Origin: Camelus ferus | Taxonomy: Eukaryota | Assembly: GCF_009834535.1 (NCBI RefSeq) | Contig: NC_045696.1 | Coordinates: forward strand, 103,232,001 to 103,296,000 | Length of the DNA: 64,000 nucleotides | Direction of reading: 5' to 3' | Shown here: positions 24,871-38,188 of the stretch, in pieces | Position numbering within the stretch: position 1 is the first letter of the stretch | How the letters are laid out: each line of letters opens with the position of its first letter | Notes under the pieces: generated by a model | What the model was told of the DNA's origin: nothing | Databases searched by the model: none | What the model saw: only the letters and a program-made list of their open reading frames with translations | Program-made: the position numbers and the translations under genes

Positions 24871-25463
24871 AGTGGGGAAGGAGAAGAAGCCAAGATCTGT
24901 GTGTTACCAGTTGTTAAACATTTTGACTCTTCACCTGTGGCACATAGCTGACTCTATGGCAACTTTTACGTGTATGGCAGAGTAGAAAAAAAGATAGAAA
25001 ACCCGAATGCCTACCAATAAGTAAAGGACTATGTACATTTTTTTATTTTTCACATCAGTGCAAATCAGTGAACTGCGGCTGTTAAGACAGAGGTCTTAAA
25101 ATTTTGAGCAAAAAAAAAAAAAATGCATATAAGTAATAAAGTTTGACCCCAAAGGTATGTAGTTCAAAAAGATGCAAAACCAAGAAATAGAGTGTTTGGA
25201 GTTTCATACATATGTGTCAAAAGTTATAAAGGAAACCACGGAAATTATAATTTAGAATAGGGTTGTTTTGGGGAGGGAAAGGCAGAGGGCCAAGTTAGGG
25301 AAGCACACGTAGGGGCTCCAGCAGTGTTAATTTCCAGTTTCTTAGGCTGGTATGTGAGAGTTTATCATTATTTTTATACCTCTCATAGACTTTATATTTT
25401 TAGAATGAATAAAATATATGTCATACAAAGAACTTTAGGTTTGATAAAAAGTTTACTTTTATT

Positions 25464-25705
25464 TTTATTCATTTTTTGAAAAATACTTTTTATTGAAGTA
25501 TAATCAGTTTACAATATTGTGTCAATTTCTTGTGTACAGCACAATGCATCAGTCATATAGGAACATACATATATTCATTTTCATATTTTTTCACCATAAG
25601 TTACTATAAGATACTGAATATGGTTCCCTGTGCTATACAGTATAAACTTGTTGTTTATCTATTTTATATATGTTAGTATCTGCAAATCTTGAACTCCCAA
25701 TTTAG
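25464..25705 (-). mobile_element. Lineage-specific L1 3' end
   Basis: tttattgaagtataatcagtttacaat...gttccctgtgctatacag; TSD ttacttttatt. Confidence 0.82.
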
Positions 25706-26044
25706 AGGTTACTTTTATTAATGGTGACTGTGAAATCCTTCTGCTGCCTGAACCAAGTCGTTCCAGAAATGAACTCTGGAGAAAGTTGTGTCCCTCACTG
25801 AGGAAATTCCAAGGCTTTGATTCCACTCTGCCCTATTCATGTGATTAAACTGCACATAATAAAACTGTCTCTGGAAGACAGGCCTTGATTTAACACATTT
25901 TTTCTCATAAGTGTTATTTCTTTTATCTCCCTGGATGGATTAGGTGTGAAAACAGGATGCTTTAAAAAAAAAAAAGTCATATTTCCAACTACCAAAAGTT
26001 GAGACAACTGCTGATCCCTGGGTTGCTAATAAGGTGTCTCTGAG

Positions 26045-26208
26045 GACCTTGTGACTTAAAGTGTGGGGTCTGGGCAGCACCACACCAGCTGGGAGTCTGT
26101 TGGAAATTGAGGCTCCACACTGCACCTCAGACCTGCTGATTCAGAGTCTGAGTTTTAGTAAGATCTCCAAGTGATTCCTGTGCACATTCAAGTTTGAGAG
26201 GCACTGGT
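26045..26208. mobile_element. MER5A-like hAT MITE
   Basis: cagacctgctgattcagagtctg...aagatctccaagtgattcctgtgcacattcaagtttgagaggcactg. Confidence 0.78.
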
Positions 26209-28559
26209 CCAGGAGTCCAGTAGCTCCACCTACAGAAAGCAGCACCCAGCACCAGGAGACAGCAGCACAGTGAAATTCCTCAGGTTTAACTGTACAGATC
26301 TGTCTCTTTCATGGCTGTCCCTTTGTTGGCCCACATGTTTACAAGTAGGGTATTTATTTATGCCTCTCTCCTCTTTCCAATGGTGCTGCGCTGTGCCATT
26401 CTCATCCATTCAACAAAAACTTACTGAGCTTAAGCACCGAGGATATTGAAGTGAATAGGATGACATAGCTCTGAATCTCAAGGAGCTTACAGTCTAACAG
26501 GCTACAGACGCTAAAAGAAAATTACAAGTTTGATGAATGTTAGAAAGACAAACAATTTTATGAGAAAAGAGCTGGAGACGGGGAGTCAGACGAAGATTTT
26601 CTGGATGAAGTTTTTTTTCAGCTTAGATGAGAAGGCAAACGTAGATGAGGTGTGGATAAACTGGGGGATTGTTCTAAGCCCAAGGACTACCCATGAACGG
26701 AGCCCTTTGGACATTCATGTCTGTATTTCCAGTGCCTCGCCCTGTTGTTCACATACAGTAAGTGCTTAATAAGTGTTTGCTGAATCAATAAGTGTTCTGT
26801 CATGTTTCAGACATCTACTCTCTTGCACTGGATATAGTGGAAGCGTTCTTTTCCTTTTCAAAGGAAATAAGATCCCTTAATGGGGGAAATGAGAAGGAAG
26901 GGAGAAAGCTGACTGTTAGGCAAATTTGCTAAATTGGAACTGTGAGTGGGAATGAAAAATTGATTTACATGAATTTTCCTCCCTGAAGCAACTTGACAAT
27001 TTATTCCGTTCTGGAGAATTTTCAGTTTTTGGCTTCAAAACCAAGCTGTTCCTTATTCTGAATTTCTTGGCCTGCTGTGAAACCAGCATTTAGTGTCTTT
27101 TACAGCATTCCCTGATTAGGTCATGGAAATTCACAGCTAGATTAAACCAGTATATGGAAAACTTTCACTGCCCATTTTACTTCACAGTGTTGGAAGGTGC
27201 TGTGAAATATTGACTTTTAAAACATTTTTTTTAAAACCAGTGTTATCAAATCATCATAATTGCCATCATTTATTGAACAGTTACTTTTTGCATCACATAG
27301 CAAAATCCTCGTATTAACTCTACAAGTGAGTAAATGGAGCCATATGAAAACTACCAAATATTCATAATTTCTCATGGCTTAATATTATCTTCAGACTCTC
27401 ACCTGACAAAGAGGTTACACAATTCCCGATAGCCATAGCCTGACTCCAAAATTCAGCAGAGTTGTCTTTATAGATAAAGAGATACTGAGGTACAGCTCTT
27501 CAATAACATCCACCAACCACCCTTCCCCCATAGCCCAAGTGCTGCTATGTGTCTGCTTCTACTATGATTGTTTACACATTGTACTGATGGATGGTAACCA
27601 CCCATCTCTCCTGCTAGGCTGAGCTCCTTGGGGATGGAGGTTTTGTCTGTTTTGCTCATTTTTGTATCATTGTGCCTAGAGTGTTCGAAAATTATTTGTT
27701 GAATTGAAACTTAAAATTTCTGTGGAAATTAAATAAGATCCTATTGATTGGTTACTGGAAACTGCAAGGTGATGACTCCATAGGGGATTTTGCATTTTAG
27801 AATCAGTCCAAGGAGACTGCATCGGGCATTCCTGACTAGGACTTTATCTATGTACACTTATGCAGAAATTATCTCTTCACTCTACCCCAGAGAAAGGTCC
27901 ACCCACCTCCTCTCACCTCCTCCACCTCCTTCAGGTATTTATTTGAACAGCACCTTTCCTGCCGCCTTCCCTGAGCACTCTATTTAAGACAAGCCATCCC
28001 TCAAAAACCGTCGCGGACGGATTTTTCCCCATGGTAGGTACCAGCATGTAACACAGTTTGTATTTTGCTTATTTTTGTTGCATATTGTCTTTCCCACCCC
28101 ACTAAAACGTAAGCTCACACAAGATAGGCACAGAAGTAATAGACAAAATCTATTAATATTGAACTAAATGGGCAGGTATTTGGGGGTGTGAGCAGCGATT
28201 TTCTTTTCAGCTTCCACGTGACCTGGTGACCTGGCCTGGTTTGGGTCTCACTTGCCTGTGTACTGAAGAACCCGCATGCCCAGAGGTCTCTAACCCACTG
28301 AATAATTTACAGGGTACTGCACACTTGGTCCCCCACGTGGCCTCACAGTCACCGGTCCCCATCCCCCTCCACGCTTGCTTCCCCTGGAGGTGACCCATCA
28401 AATGCCTGGGGACAGAGATGTACCCGCCCTAGTTCTCCTTTTTTCTAAGAGAGATGGGAGTTTTCCTGCTTCGGGTCTGGGGGATGGGGGTGGATGGAAA
28501 AGTCAAGATTCCCACCCAAGCCGGGGAAAGGGAGGGGGAAAGGGTGTGTCTATAAATTT

Positions 28560-29460
28560 TAGGCCTCAGGCCTGCAGCTTGCCCCAGAGGCGGCTGGGGA
28601 GCCAAGTGACGGGGTCGCTGCGGGGTACCTACTGGGAACCTCGGGTGGAAAACCCAGGGCTAGGGCAGAGTGCCTAAGCCCCCACTCCTTTACCTCGCGG
28701 CCCCCTCCTCTCTTTGGGAAGCCTGGGGGCGGGGTTTGTTTACTCCTTGCACGCACCGACGGCCTGGCCAATCCGTGGGGAGAGGCGCCTTACGTCACTC
28801 ATCCAGAGGGCCAATCGGCGCTGACCGTGCTGCTCCGCCGCCAAAGCTCGCGCGGGGGAAGCGGGGCAGAGGCAGGCAGGGCCGGGCGAGGGCGGTCGAA
28901 GCCGCCAGCAATCTCGGCTGCAGCCGCCGGCGCTGCTCTGTACGCGGGGCGCGCCCTGACCCTTCCTCTTTGGGCAAGCTCGAGGGCGCGCGCGCGGTCG
29001 GCGTCCCGGGGCCTCGAACTCCAGGGCGGCGATTGGGCAGGCCGCGGATTGCTCACCCTGCCCCGAGCGTGAGTCCGCCGGCACTCGGCCGCCGCCAAGC
29101 GCGGGCGCCACTGGAGCGGCGGCGCCCGAAGACGCGCCTCGGGCTCGAGGAACAGCCCTGCGTGGCCACCTCGTCCTCTGCAGCCGAGCGGCGGTAAGGT
29201 CCAGGGCGCGGGCGCGGGCCCCGTGCAGAGGGCCTCTAGACCCGGCCCGGCGTGTTCCGGGGCAGGTTTCCCTCCCTGCGCCTCCGGGCCCCGTGTCATC
29301 CGAGTCCCATCTGTTTATTCCCTTGCGTTCTTCCAGGCCTAGCGAGTAACCCTTGAGTGTCTGGAAGGGGGTGGGAGAGTCGGAAATCGGAGACCCCCGC
29401 CCCACCCCCCACAGCAAATTGTGGGGAGGCACTGTCCCTGAGTCACGCCTCGTGGAAGAG
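28560..29460. promoter_or_regulatory. TFDP2: CpG island promoter, probably of TFDP2
   Basis: Only CpG island in the window. GC box GGGGCGGGG 28726-28734, CCAAT boxes at 28768 and 28811, CRE/ATF-like TTACGTCA 28790-28797, reverse CCAAT 29032, (GC)5 run 28986-28996. Gene name is inferred from recalled tandem GK5->TFDP2 order in mammals. Confidence 0.78.
28900..29193 (+). other. TFDP2: Non-coding first exon (5' UTR) of the downstream gene, probably TFDP2; start approximate
   Basis: ATG-free GC-rich segment downstream of the CCAAT/CRE cluster ending in GCG|GTAAGG (29194). An alternative donor AGC|GTGAGT lies at 29069. Confidence 0.62.
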
Positions 29461-32134
29461 AGGAAGGGCTGCTTTCTCCTCTCGGTACCTTCAGGGGAGG
29501 AGGATGGCTTCTAAGTCTGGTGTTCTGACTTTTCCTCCTTTCATGATCCACACGTCTCCATCTGTATTTTAGTTGTATTTCAGGTGTGTTTCAGAATTCC
29601 AAAGGCTTGTGCATTTGGAAGAGCCTCATAGCCCGCATAAGGGAACTTTTCTCTGAGACAGAGGATCACTTTTTGGGCCCAGATGCCTCTGAGAAGTCCA
29701 GAGACCCAAGGTCCCTCTCTACAGAAAAGTGTAAAAGGTTTTTGTAGGATCTTGCAGAGACAGTTCAACTAACCGATGAGCGCTCGGCGTCTGGTGCCAG
29801 CTTGTGTTACCTTGCCTTGTGCGGTCTCAGTTTCTTCATCTGTAAAATAGTAATATCCACCTATTGGGGGTGTTGCTAGACGGAAAAGGACTAATCGGCA
29901 GAATCATTTGGAACAGAGCTTACCCCATATAATGTTACCTGCCCTGCATGCGTTAGGCATTTTTGTTATTGACCACCGTGAAAGATGGTTTAGAAAATTT
30001 CCCCGTATTGTCTTTTCTCTTTTTCTGTTGAAATGGTTAACGCTAATCCCTTTCCGTATTCACTGCTGAAGCTCCCTTGAGCCTTTGAATACTTTTCTCT
30101 TCCTCATTCTATCTCAAAGGACTCAGACTCCCTGTCCGACTTCTTTACTCTCTTTTTAGTAAATCAGTAGCTCATTCCCTTCCTTCCTCTTTCTCCCCCA
30201 AACCTTAATGCTGTGTTTTTTCATTTGCCTTTTATAGCCTAATTTTTTCTGGGCCACTTTTCTTTCCTCTTATTGGCTTGAAATCATCTTCACCTAATAG
30301 AGATATGGTTGATCTCTATATAGATCTGTCCTCTATGTGGTGTAATCATGACCCTACCTTCTGTACAAAATTAAAGAGAATAATTAAGTTGCTCTGATAT
30401 TGCATGTTGCTTTTCCATTTCATGGGTTAGCCTATAATTTAGCTGAGGCTTTATCACTCTCCTGTTACTGTAATAAATCTTTAATGACAGTGTCCATTCT
30501 CAAGTAGCACCCGGAGAAAAATCAAATGCCTAGACCCCGGATTCTGTCACACTTGAGTGCTGGCTCTGGATGCATTTGTTATTTATTAGAACATCTTGTG
30601 CCTGGAACTAGAGTCTAGGCTCAGGGCAGACATGGTGTCTGTAGCACTGCTCTGGCAGTGCACTTGCAGCTTCAGCAGTGTGGCACTTATATTGAATAAA
30701 GGCCCAAGACTTATTAAACTCTCCTTTTTCAGTTCTCTTTATTTCTGGTTGTTTAATGAAGAGAGAAAACAGAATTTTCAAGTGTGTGATAACTTCATAT
30801 TACCATTTTGTGATCATGTAACTTTCCCCCCAACTCTTGTAAATATGTGGTCCATTTGGCACCTTCAAGTTTTTCCCTTGCAGCCAAAATTCTTAACTGT
30901 CTGAGCTATGTCCTCTTAATACAGCTTGAAATTGGATGTACAGATATGTTTCTCCTTAATGTGGAAAGCATTTGTGGATGAAAATTATACGCTGAAACAC
31001 ACCCTGAAGGATTCAAAGATTGCTTTTTGTAATTAGGAATTGAAATGTGAATATACCTTTACTTTTTTTTTTTTAACGTGGTAGAAAGACTGCTTTGTTT
31101 TCTTGCTGTTGCTGTGTTATGTTTTATAAATCATGCATGAGTTATTCATATTTACGTAGCACTTTACCATTTTTGAAGCTCTTTTAGGTACATGAAAGTT
31201 CTTAGAACATGGAGAAGAAACAGACTAAGCCAAAATTAAATTCATGGCAAAGTTAGTGAATTAGAACCTAATATTCTGACTTCTAGTCCACTGTTTCTTC
31301 TTTTGTCAACCTTAACTGTTAACTACAGATAAAACTTGAAAAGGGGGAGTTTAAGATGAAGTCTTAAAGAGGGGGAAATACCTAATTTGGCCATTAAATG
31401 TTAGATATTGAGTAGTATATTAGTGCCTTTTTTTTTCACCTTTACACTGAGGTATGTTTCTTTTAAAGATTAAAATAAGCCATCCTATATATGAACTTAC
31501 TTACAGTCAGTTTACGTTGTCACTTAGCAAACTTGATTTCACTGTTTTTCTGAACTTACCATATTTTAAACTCTTATTGTAAGAGGTGTGTATCTTAATG
31601 TATCTTAGAAGAAACCAGAAAGCATAGAGTTGAGTTTTCGTATGTCATAAAATTTTAAGTTGTAATGAATTTTAAAGATAATTAAATACATTCATCTCTT
31701 CATACTTGAATCTTTTCCATTTTAACCTGGGATATATGACTCTAGGTATGGGACATGAATAGATTTAAAAAGTAGATTTGTGAACCCTTGGAAATTTTAT
31801 ACAAAATTATATGCATTTGTATATTTTTCTGGAGAGAAGAGCCATAGTTTCTTAGGCAAAGATATTTGGACAACTCTAATTTTTATAAAATTATTTCTTT
31901 CACTGAATTAGAAGTTATATCTTCACTGGTGCTAGTTCTGTCTCCTCTATATGTTTTCAGATATTTAAAGCTACTTCATATATCCTACTGATTCTTTTCT
32001 TCACTAGACAAGATATTCTCAGTTTTTACCTTCTAATGATTTTTGTTGTTTGATCTGCATCTTCTCACAATACTGATGGCTTATTTGTGGGTGTGTCTGT
32101 TCGCCCAAATTCTTCTTAAAAGTGTAGTAGCCAT

Positions 32135-32237
32135 GGGGGTTGGGGTATAGTTGGTAGAGCACATGCTGAGCCTGCCTGAGGTGCTTGGTTCAATTCCCAG
32201 TACCTCCATTTGAAAAATAAAAATAAAAAGAAACTGG
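32135..32237 (+). mobile_element. tRNA-derived SINE (Vic-1-like, short diverged form)
   Basis: Perfect TSD aagtgtagtagccat; B box ggttcaattccc. Confidence 0.88.
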
Positions 32238-32384
32238 AAGTGTAGTAGCCATAATGAGACATTAACCAGTAGAGAAGACCATAAGTTATCTTTCTGATTT
32301 TAAAGCATGTACTTTAAGAGTAGACTTGCTTCTCTGGCAATGATATTGCACTGTTAATTCATGATAATGTCCTGTCTAAGAAGA

Positions 32385-32615
32385 TGAACTCTGGGTCTAG
32401 CCTGCCTGGGTTTAGATCCTGGCTGTACAGTTTATCAGCTGGGTGACCTTGAGTAAATTTTGTAAACCTTTTGGGGCCTCAATTTTCTCATCTGTAAAAT
32501 GGAATTTATAATAGTACCTATTTCATAGAGTTGTTTTAAGGAATAAATGAATGCATATAATGTAGAGCATTTAGAGTGGTCCCTGGCATTTAAGTGCTAT
32601 GTACATTACCCATTA
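32385..32615. mobile_element. MIR SINE
   Basis: ctgggtgaccttgagtaa...cctcaattttctcatctgtaaaatgg...ataatagtaccta. Confidence 0.85.
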
Positions 32616-34171
32616 TTGACATTGTAATCAATTAGAATCTTTGAGTTGTTTTGTCGGTGCTCTCCCAGGTCTTTGATAGAACATTTTTTGGTAGGACTTT
32701 GCATTTATCTAAATTAAATTGTATCTTGTCAGGTTGGTTCCAGTATGTTGACTCTAAAAAAAAAATCTTGATTTGGTCATTCAGTACAAAAGACTTGAGA
32801 AACTATACGTTTGATAATGCTGACAGCCTTCATTTAAGTCTTACGAAAATGTTGCCTAGGCAGGCCTAAGAACAGAGGTCTTGCCCTGCTGGAGACCTCT
32901 CTTAGGATTGATTTTTAAAAACTTGTTTATTCTTTGGTTCAAGTTGTTCAGCCAATTAGAAATCCAGCTAATTTATCATTATCTACCTCAGATAGTTCCA
33001 GGTTTTCACAAGGAATATGTAAGAAATTTTAACACTTGCCTTCCTAAAGGCCAGATAATTTTATATACTTCATTTAAAAACTCCTGTCTGTTCAGTAACT
33101 GTCAGGAAAAGAGCATTAATTTGTCATTACTTGTCCTTAATGAAACTAGACTGGTTTCCAGTGGCGTGTGTTGGTTACTGCTTTTTTGTGTTCATAAAGT
33201 CCACTCAGTAATTGATTCTAACATCTTGCCTAGAGCTACATTTAACCTAAATGGTCAGTAGTTGGCAAGACCCCCTTTCCCCAGCAGCGGTGTGGACATT
33301 CCATCTGGAGTGATAAACCTCACCGAAGGTTTGCTTGGAGCAGTTAGGAACTCTCTTTAAAAATACTCTCATCCGTATTGAGCTTTGGTTTCCATTAATT
33401 CATTGATTAAATTTATTACATGACCATTTTGCGCAAGATGCCAATGCTTGTTTAACCCCATCCAGTCTGAAGAGAGTTTTTCTTGATAGAGATGCTGGAA
33501 ACAGGTTAATCGACACCCATTTCTCTCCATTTCTACAGTTGTTACTGTAGCCTGGGCCTCCATCTCTACAGTAATAGCTTCCTATTGATCTTCCTTCTTT
33601 CCATCTTTTTCTGTCTCCAGTCCCTTAATCATTGCAGCCAGAGTCATCTTTGTTTTCAAAATGCATGTATCTCTTTAAAGTCTTTTCTTCCCCACTGGAA
33701 ACATCTATAATGATCTAATGAGATTTTTTATTTTTGAGTACTTTCCAACTTCCTTATTCTGTTTTCTGTTTGCTATCCTTTTAAACTCAAGGTCCTCCCC
33801 TCACCCTTTTTTAACCTCCCTTATTCTTAAAGATAATACAAACCATCAGCCAGATAGCAAGCATGGAGAGGTGGTGTTCCCCCCCCCCCCCCAGCTGGAC
33901 TTTGAGCTGGGCTTGTGCGTCACTCAGCTGACAGATGTGCAGTGCCTGCTATGTCACAGGCACAATGTGAGGCCCTGAGTTGACAGAGGAACATGACATT
34001 GCCTCCACCCTTGACGAATTCTAAGTGCAGGGAAAGATAGAATAGGGGAAAGTATTTGGAGAATCCAGAAATCTTTTTTTTTTCCAAATACTCAAAAGCA
34101 TAATAAGTTTATGTAACAGATTCCATTTTACTTTGAAAACAGCCAAGTTTTATTAAAGAATGAGCTTGTTA

Positions 34172-34255
34172 GGGGGAGGTGTAGCTCAGTGGTAGGATGC
34201 AAGCTTAGCATGCAGGAGGTCCTGAGTTCAATCCCCAGTACCTCCATTAAAAAAA
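34172..34255 (+). mobile_element. tRNA-derived SINE (Vic-1-like, short form)
   Basis: gtagctcagtggtag...gagttcaatccccagtacctccattaaaa; degenerate TSD aaagaRtgMgYttgtta. Confidence 0.88.
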
Positions 34256-34559
34256 AGAGTGCGTTTGTTAAAGTGACCAACTCAGTTCTATGTAAGTTAA
34301 ATCAACAAAATAAACGTATTTTGTAAAATAACAAACCTCTAAGTGTGGAAGAACAGTGTGTATTTCAAAATTACCAAAATAAAATATTTAATAAAAACTG
34401 GAAGCATTAACTCCCCTCTTAGACCACTTGAGAGTGAACAATTAAAAAAATCAATCTACTAAGTTTTTTTTTTACTGCATCCTTGAAATTGTAATAGTGT
34501 GATATAAAACTACCTATAAAAGAGAAAGATTTATTACATGCTATTGGAAGACGTGGAGG

Positions 34560-34890
34560 GAGAGGGAGAGAAAGAAAGGGTAGGGGAGGAGAGGAGAGGA
34601 TGATAACCAGCCACTATTAGAACTAGGGATGTAATGTACAACATGATGAATGCAATTAACACTGCTCTATGTTATATGTGAAAGTTGTTAAGAGAGTAAG
34701 TCCTAAGAGCTCCCATCACAAGAAAACATTTTTCTCTCTTTCATTTTGTATTCTATGAGATGATGGATAGTCACTAGGCTTATTGTGATAATCCTTTCAT
34801 AATGTACGCAGATAAATCATCATGCTGTCTACCTGAAAGTTATACAGTGCTGTTTGACAATTGTGTGTCAGTATAACCGGAAGAGAAAAA
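34560..34890 (+). mobile_element. L1MA-like 3' end
   Basis: gggatgtaatgtacaacatg..gaaagttgttaagagagta...catcacaagaaaa. Confidence 0.72.
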
Positions 34891-37800
34891 AGAACGTATA
34901 CAACTAACAAATAACAAGCTAATGAAAGTTTGGAAAAACTGTTAGATAAGTGATTCTGCACTAATTGTTACATTTTTAGCTATAAAGTCTTTACAAGTAG
35001 GAACATTATCTGAGCATGGTGATTATGTATTTTTAAGCTGAACAGATCAGTGTTCAAAGGTAACAGAATATATTACCTGTGCAGTCATTCTAAGAAACAT
35101 CTGCTGAAAATCTGTGAAAAATGCCATCATATGTGAAAAGCAATAGAATACTTACTGATGTTAACATTTTGCCTACAATTTTACCGTTAACTTCATACTG
35201 TTTAAGACATTCTGTATCACAGTTGCTGTAAAAAATAGTTACTAAACATAGATCTTTAAAGAAAATAATTTGTGGAACATTAACAATAGTGGTCAAAAAA
35301 TGATTTCAGAAGGGTTTTTTTTTTCCAAGAGAGCTTATACATAGGTAGTTTTTCAAATAGATTTTCGTAAGAACTATTTTGGTTGGAAAAGAAGTGGATG
35401 AGGGCAGCTTAAATTCTTATCTAAAAAAACCAATTACAATATGAATTCCTTGATTATTATATGGAAAAAGAATCATGAGCCTTGTTCTCTTGAAATCTTT
35501 GTACTGTCATAATAAAAACTTTAGATAACATGTCAGACAATTAAGATAACTTATTAAGCTTATTTTGAAATTGCAAAAATGAAAAAGCAAAAGGCAAACA
35601 ATCATCTGATTTTAATTCAGGTGCCAAACGCTAATCATTGTTTGGAGGTTTTTGTCTTTTTAAAAAAGTGAAACATTTAATAAAGCTCAGGGATAAATGG
35701 AATAAATGCAGCTGTCTGATTTTCAAATATACAGAGTGCATGGTTTCTGTACATGTGTTTTGCTTCTTTCAAGTTTCAACTTTTCAGAGCTGGAACTCAG
35801 CAAAGCAGCTGTGAATAAGCAGGATTACTGTGGAAACAAGTAACGCAAAAACATTGTCAAAGAAAAATTCAAAACTGAAATTAGTTCAGTAGTACTATCA
35901 ATGAGTTATTTTAAACCTAGAAAATGCTTTAGCATACATTTCTGTTAGGACGTAGCGGTATTTAGGTGTTAGCTGATGTTAGATTCTTTTCCAATTCATA
36001 TCAGTGATTTTAGGTCTCTCAGTAGTAATAACTTCTTCCATTGACCTTAAAATTTGAGCAGAGATTAGCTAACGTAATTAGTAAGCTAGCTCATTACAAG
36101 GTAAAAGTGGCTAAATATTTTTTTTATAAATGGGCTCTCTCTGAAAGAACTAAAAAAAGTACTCCCTCTTCCCAGGTCAAATTAATTTCTTGTATTTTTA
36201 CTATATCAGGTCCAACAGTATTCTTGGGACAATATGGACTATCAGATTCTATAACTCTGAGAAAGATCTACTCTGAGAAAGATCTGCTCTGAGTTGTTAA
36301 TTTCATAGGCTAATTGAAGTTTTACTCTAGGGAAAAAAGTTCAAGACAATTGAATTTCCTCTCTTGACATAAGTGATATAAAATAAGAATAAATTTCAAG
36401 AAACTGAAACACTAAGCAAAAGCGTGTTAAACTAATGCTGAGGAAAAGACTTTTTAAAAAGGGGTCACCACATACAAAACCCTTCTTCCCCATAACAGAA
36501 AGAAATTTTAAGGGAGATGAGAGAGATTATAGTAAGTAAAGAAAATAAGGGATTCTGTTAAGATAAGCAGCTCGTTGGAAAAACTGAAATCCTATTTCCA
36601 AGGCTATTCTTTCGTAACCTACAAAATGTAAAAGACTTTAACATGTTTTCTAGGATTAAGTTAGAAAATAAAGATCCATAATCTGAACACTCTGTACTTA
36701 CTATGAATGTTAATGGATTACTTTACCCAACACGTGCAATGTGATAAGGATCTCGTTTAATCCTCCCTGAAGTGCTTGAGATATGTTCAATTGTTTTTCA
36801 TTTTACAGAGGACATACATTGCTTTACTGGAAGGAGAAAGACAATGATGGCAGAGTGGGGCTCAAACATGAATGTCTGTGACTGTGGAGCTAGCCATCCC
36901 GCTGTACTGCCTTGTTCAGATACTTAGGCCTTCAGACCCTGCAAGAACCCAGGCATCTTTATAGCTTATTCTTAGTTAGGTCTTCCCAGTATATAGTTTC
37001 TGTTTTCCCTAGAGTGTTGTGAGTTTATCCAAATATAAGTGTGTGATTTGAAAATTAGCCATCGTTTTTGATTGATTTTCCTTTCTCTAGTGTCACTGTT
37101 TACTATAATTCCAAAATAGACCGTTTCTGTATAATGTTGTGTGTGGTATCTTAAATTGAGCTGTATTTCAGTTAATCAGTTAAATCATGATTATGAGCTG
37201 TGTGAATCTATTATACTGACTGGTTTACTGTGAATAGAAAAAGTAACTGCTTAGATAAGTTATTAACATAACTCCTTCATAACATAAATTCATAATTTTG
37301 TTTTAATGCTGATGCTATATGTGACATGTCCTTTTGACTTGTTCAAAAATTAAATATATGCAGGCTGAAAGAAACATGGGTATTATGAAATGTTGTAAAA
37401 TCATCATTGTCATGAAAGAAGAGAAGGCTAAAAGTGTTCCAAAAAGTAATAAAAATTAAAATATAATAGCAAATAATAGAGACAGTGTTTATTGTTAGTC
37501 ACAGAGTGGGAGCACCATGTATCTTGTGGTCAAAGATGTGGTGGCTGTTATCAACGGTGGTGTGGACTTATCTGGGAAATTCAATATGCAACAAGGAAAT
37601 GTGTATTTGAAAATAAGAATGATAGTACATATCTTTTCACTAAAGTAGAAAATATTGTTCAAAAGGATTCTTTTCTCTTCACCTTTAACTCTAGGTATGT
37701 ATGGAAGCATTCTGACCAGCTGCAGAAAAGAGCTCAGACTGGCTATCCATCTAGTTAGGTATCTATCTTACAATCAAAAATCTCTGACTTACTTAATACT

Positions 37801-38087
37801 CCTTCCTGTTTGTGTAAAATTCACTCCCGTATTTCACCCTGGAAAGAAACACTTTGACTTGGATTTCCCTTGAGTGGAAACAGGCAACTATTACATTCGA
37901 CTTATTTATGTGAAACTTTTTCTGACTATTCTTATCATCTTAACTACCCCAAGCTTAGAGTAATTCTCAGCCTACTAACTAGTTATTTTTTAGGCTTTCC
38001 ATAACAATATGCAGAATAGGAAGCATTTTTTTCATGCTGTGGCTGGAAGCAACTTTGATGAATTTTTTGCATTTAATCTACATCTAT

Positions 38088-38188
38088 TTCAAATTTTTTT
38101 AATGTACAGTCAGTTACAATGTGTCAATCTCTAGTGTACAGCACAGTGTCCCAGTCATGCATATACATGCATATATTCGTATTCATAT
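38088..38188 (-). mobile_element. Lineage-specific L1 extreme 3' end (~100 bp)
   Basis: cagtcagttacaatgtgtcaatctctagtgtacagcacagtgtcccagtcatgc; TSD tacatctat. Confidence 0.82.

Larger units (their letters stand above)
31900..33260 (-). mobile_element. Ancient CR1/L3 LINE remnants, interrupted by a SINE and a MIR
   Basis: aagttgttcagccaattagaaatccagctaa and ttgtccttaatgaaactagactggtttccagtg resemble antisense L3 RT region. Confidence 0.45.

Noticed and set aside
28670..29432. Long overlapping ORFs (175, 230 and 166 aa) on both strands
   Set aside because: Arg/Pro/Gly/Ala-rich shadow ORFs caused by stop-codon scarcity in a CpG island; no recognisable domain.
34900..36700. Possible decayed hAT transposase (RSFS-like motif on the - strand near a 16-bp tandem duplication at ~36255-36293)
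   Set aside because: Only a four-residue resemblance with nearby stops and no TIRs identified; needs an nhmmer/Dfam search.
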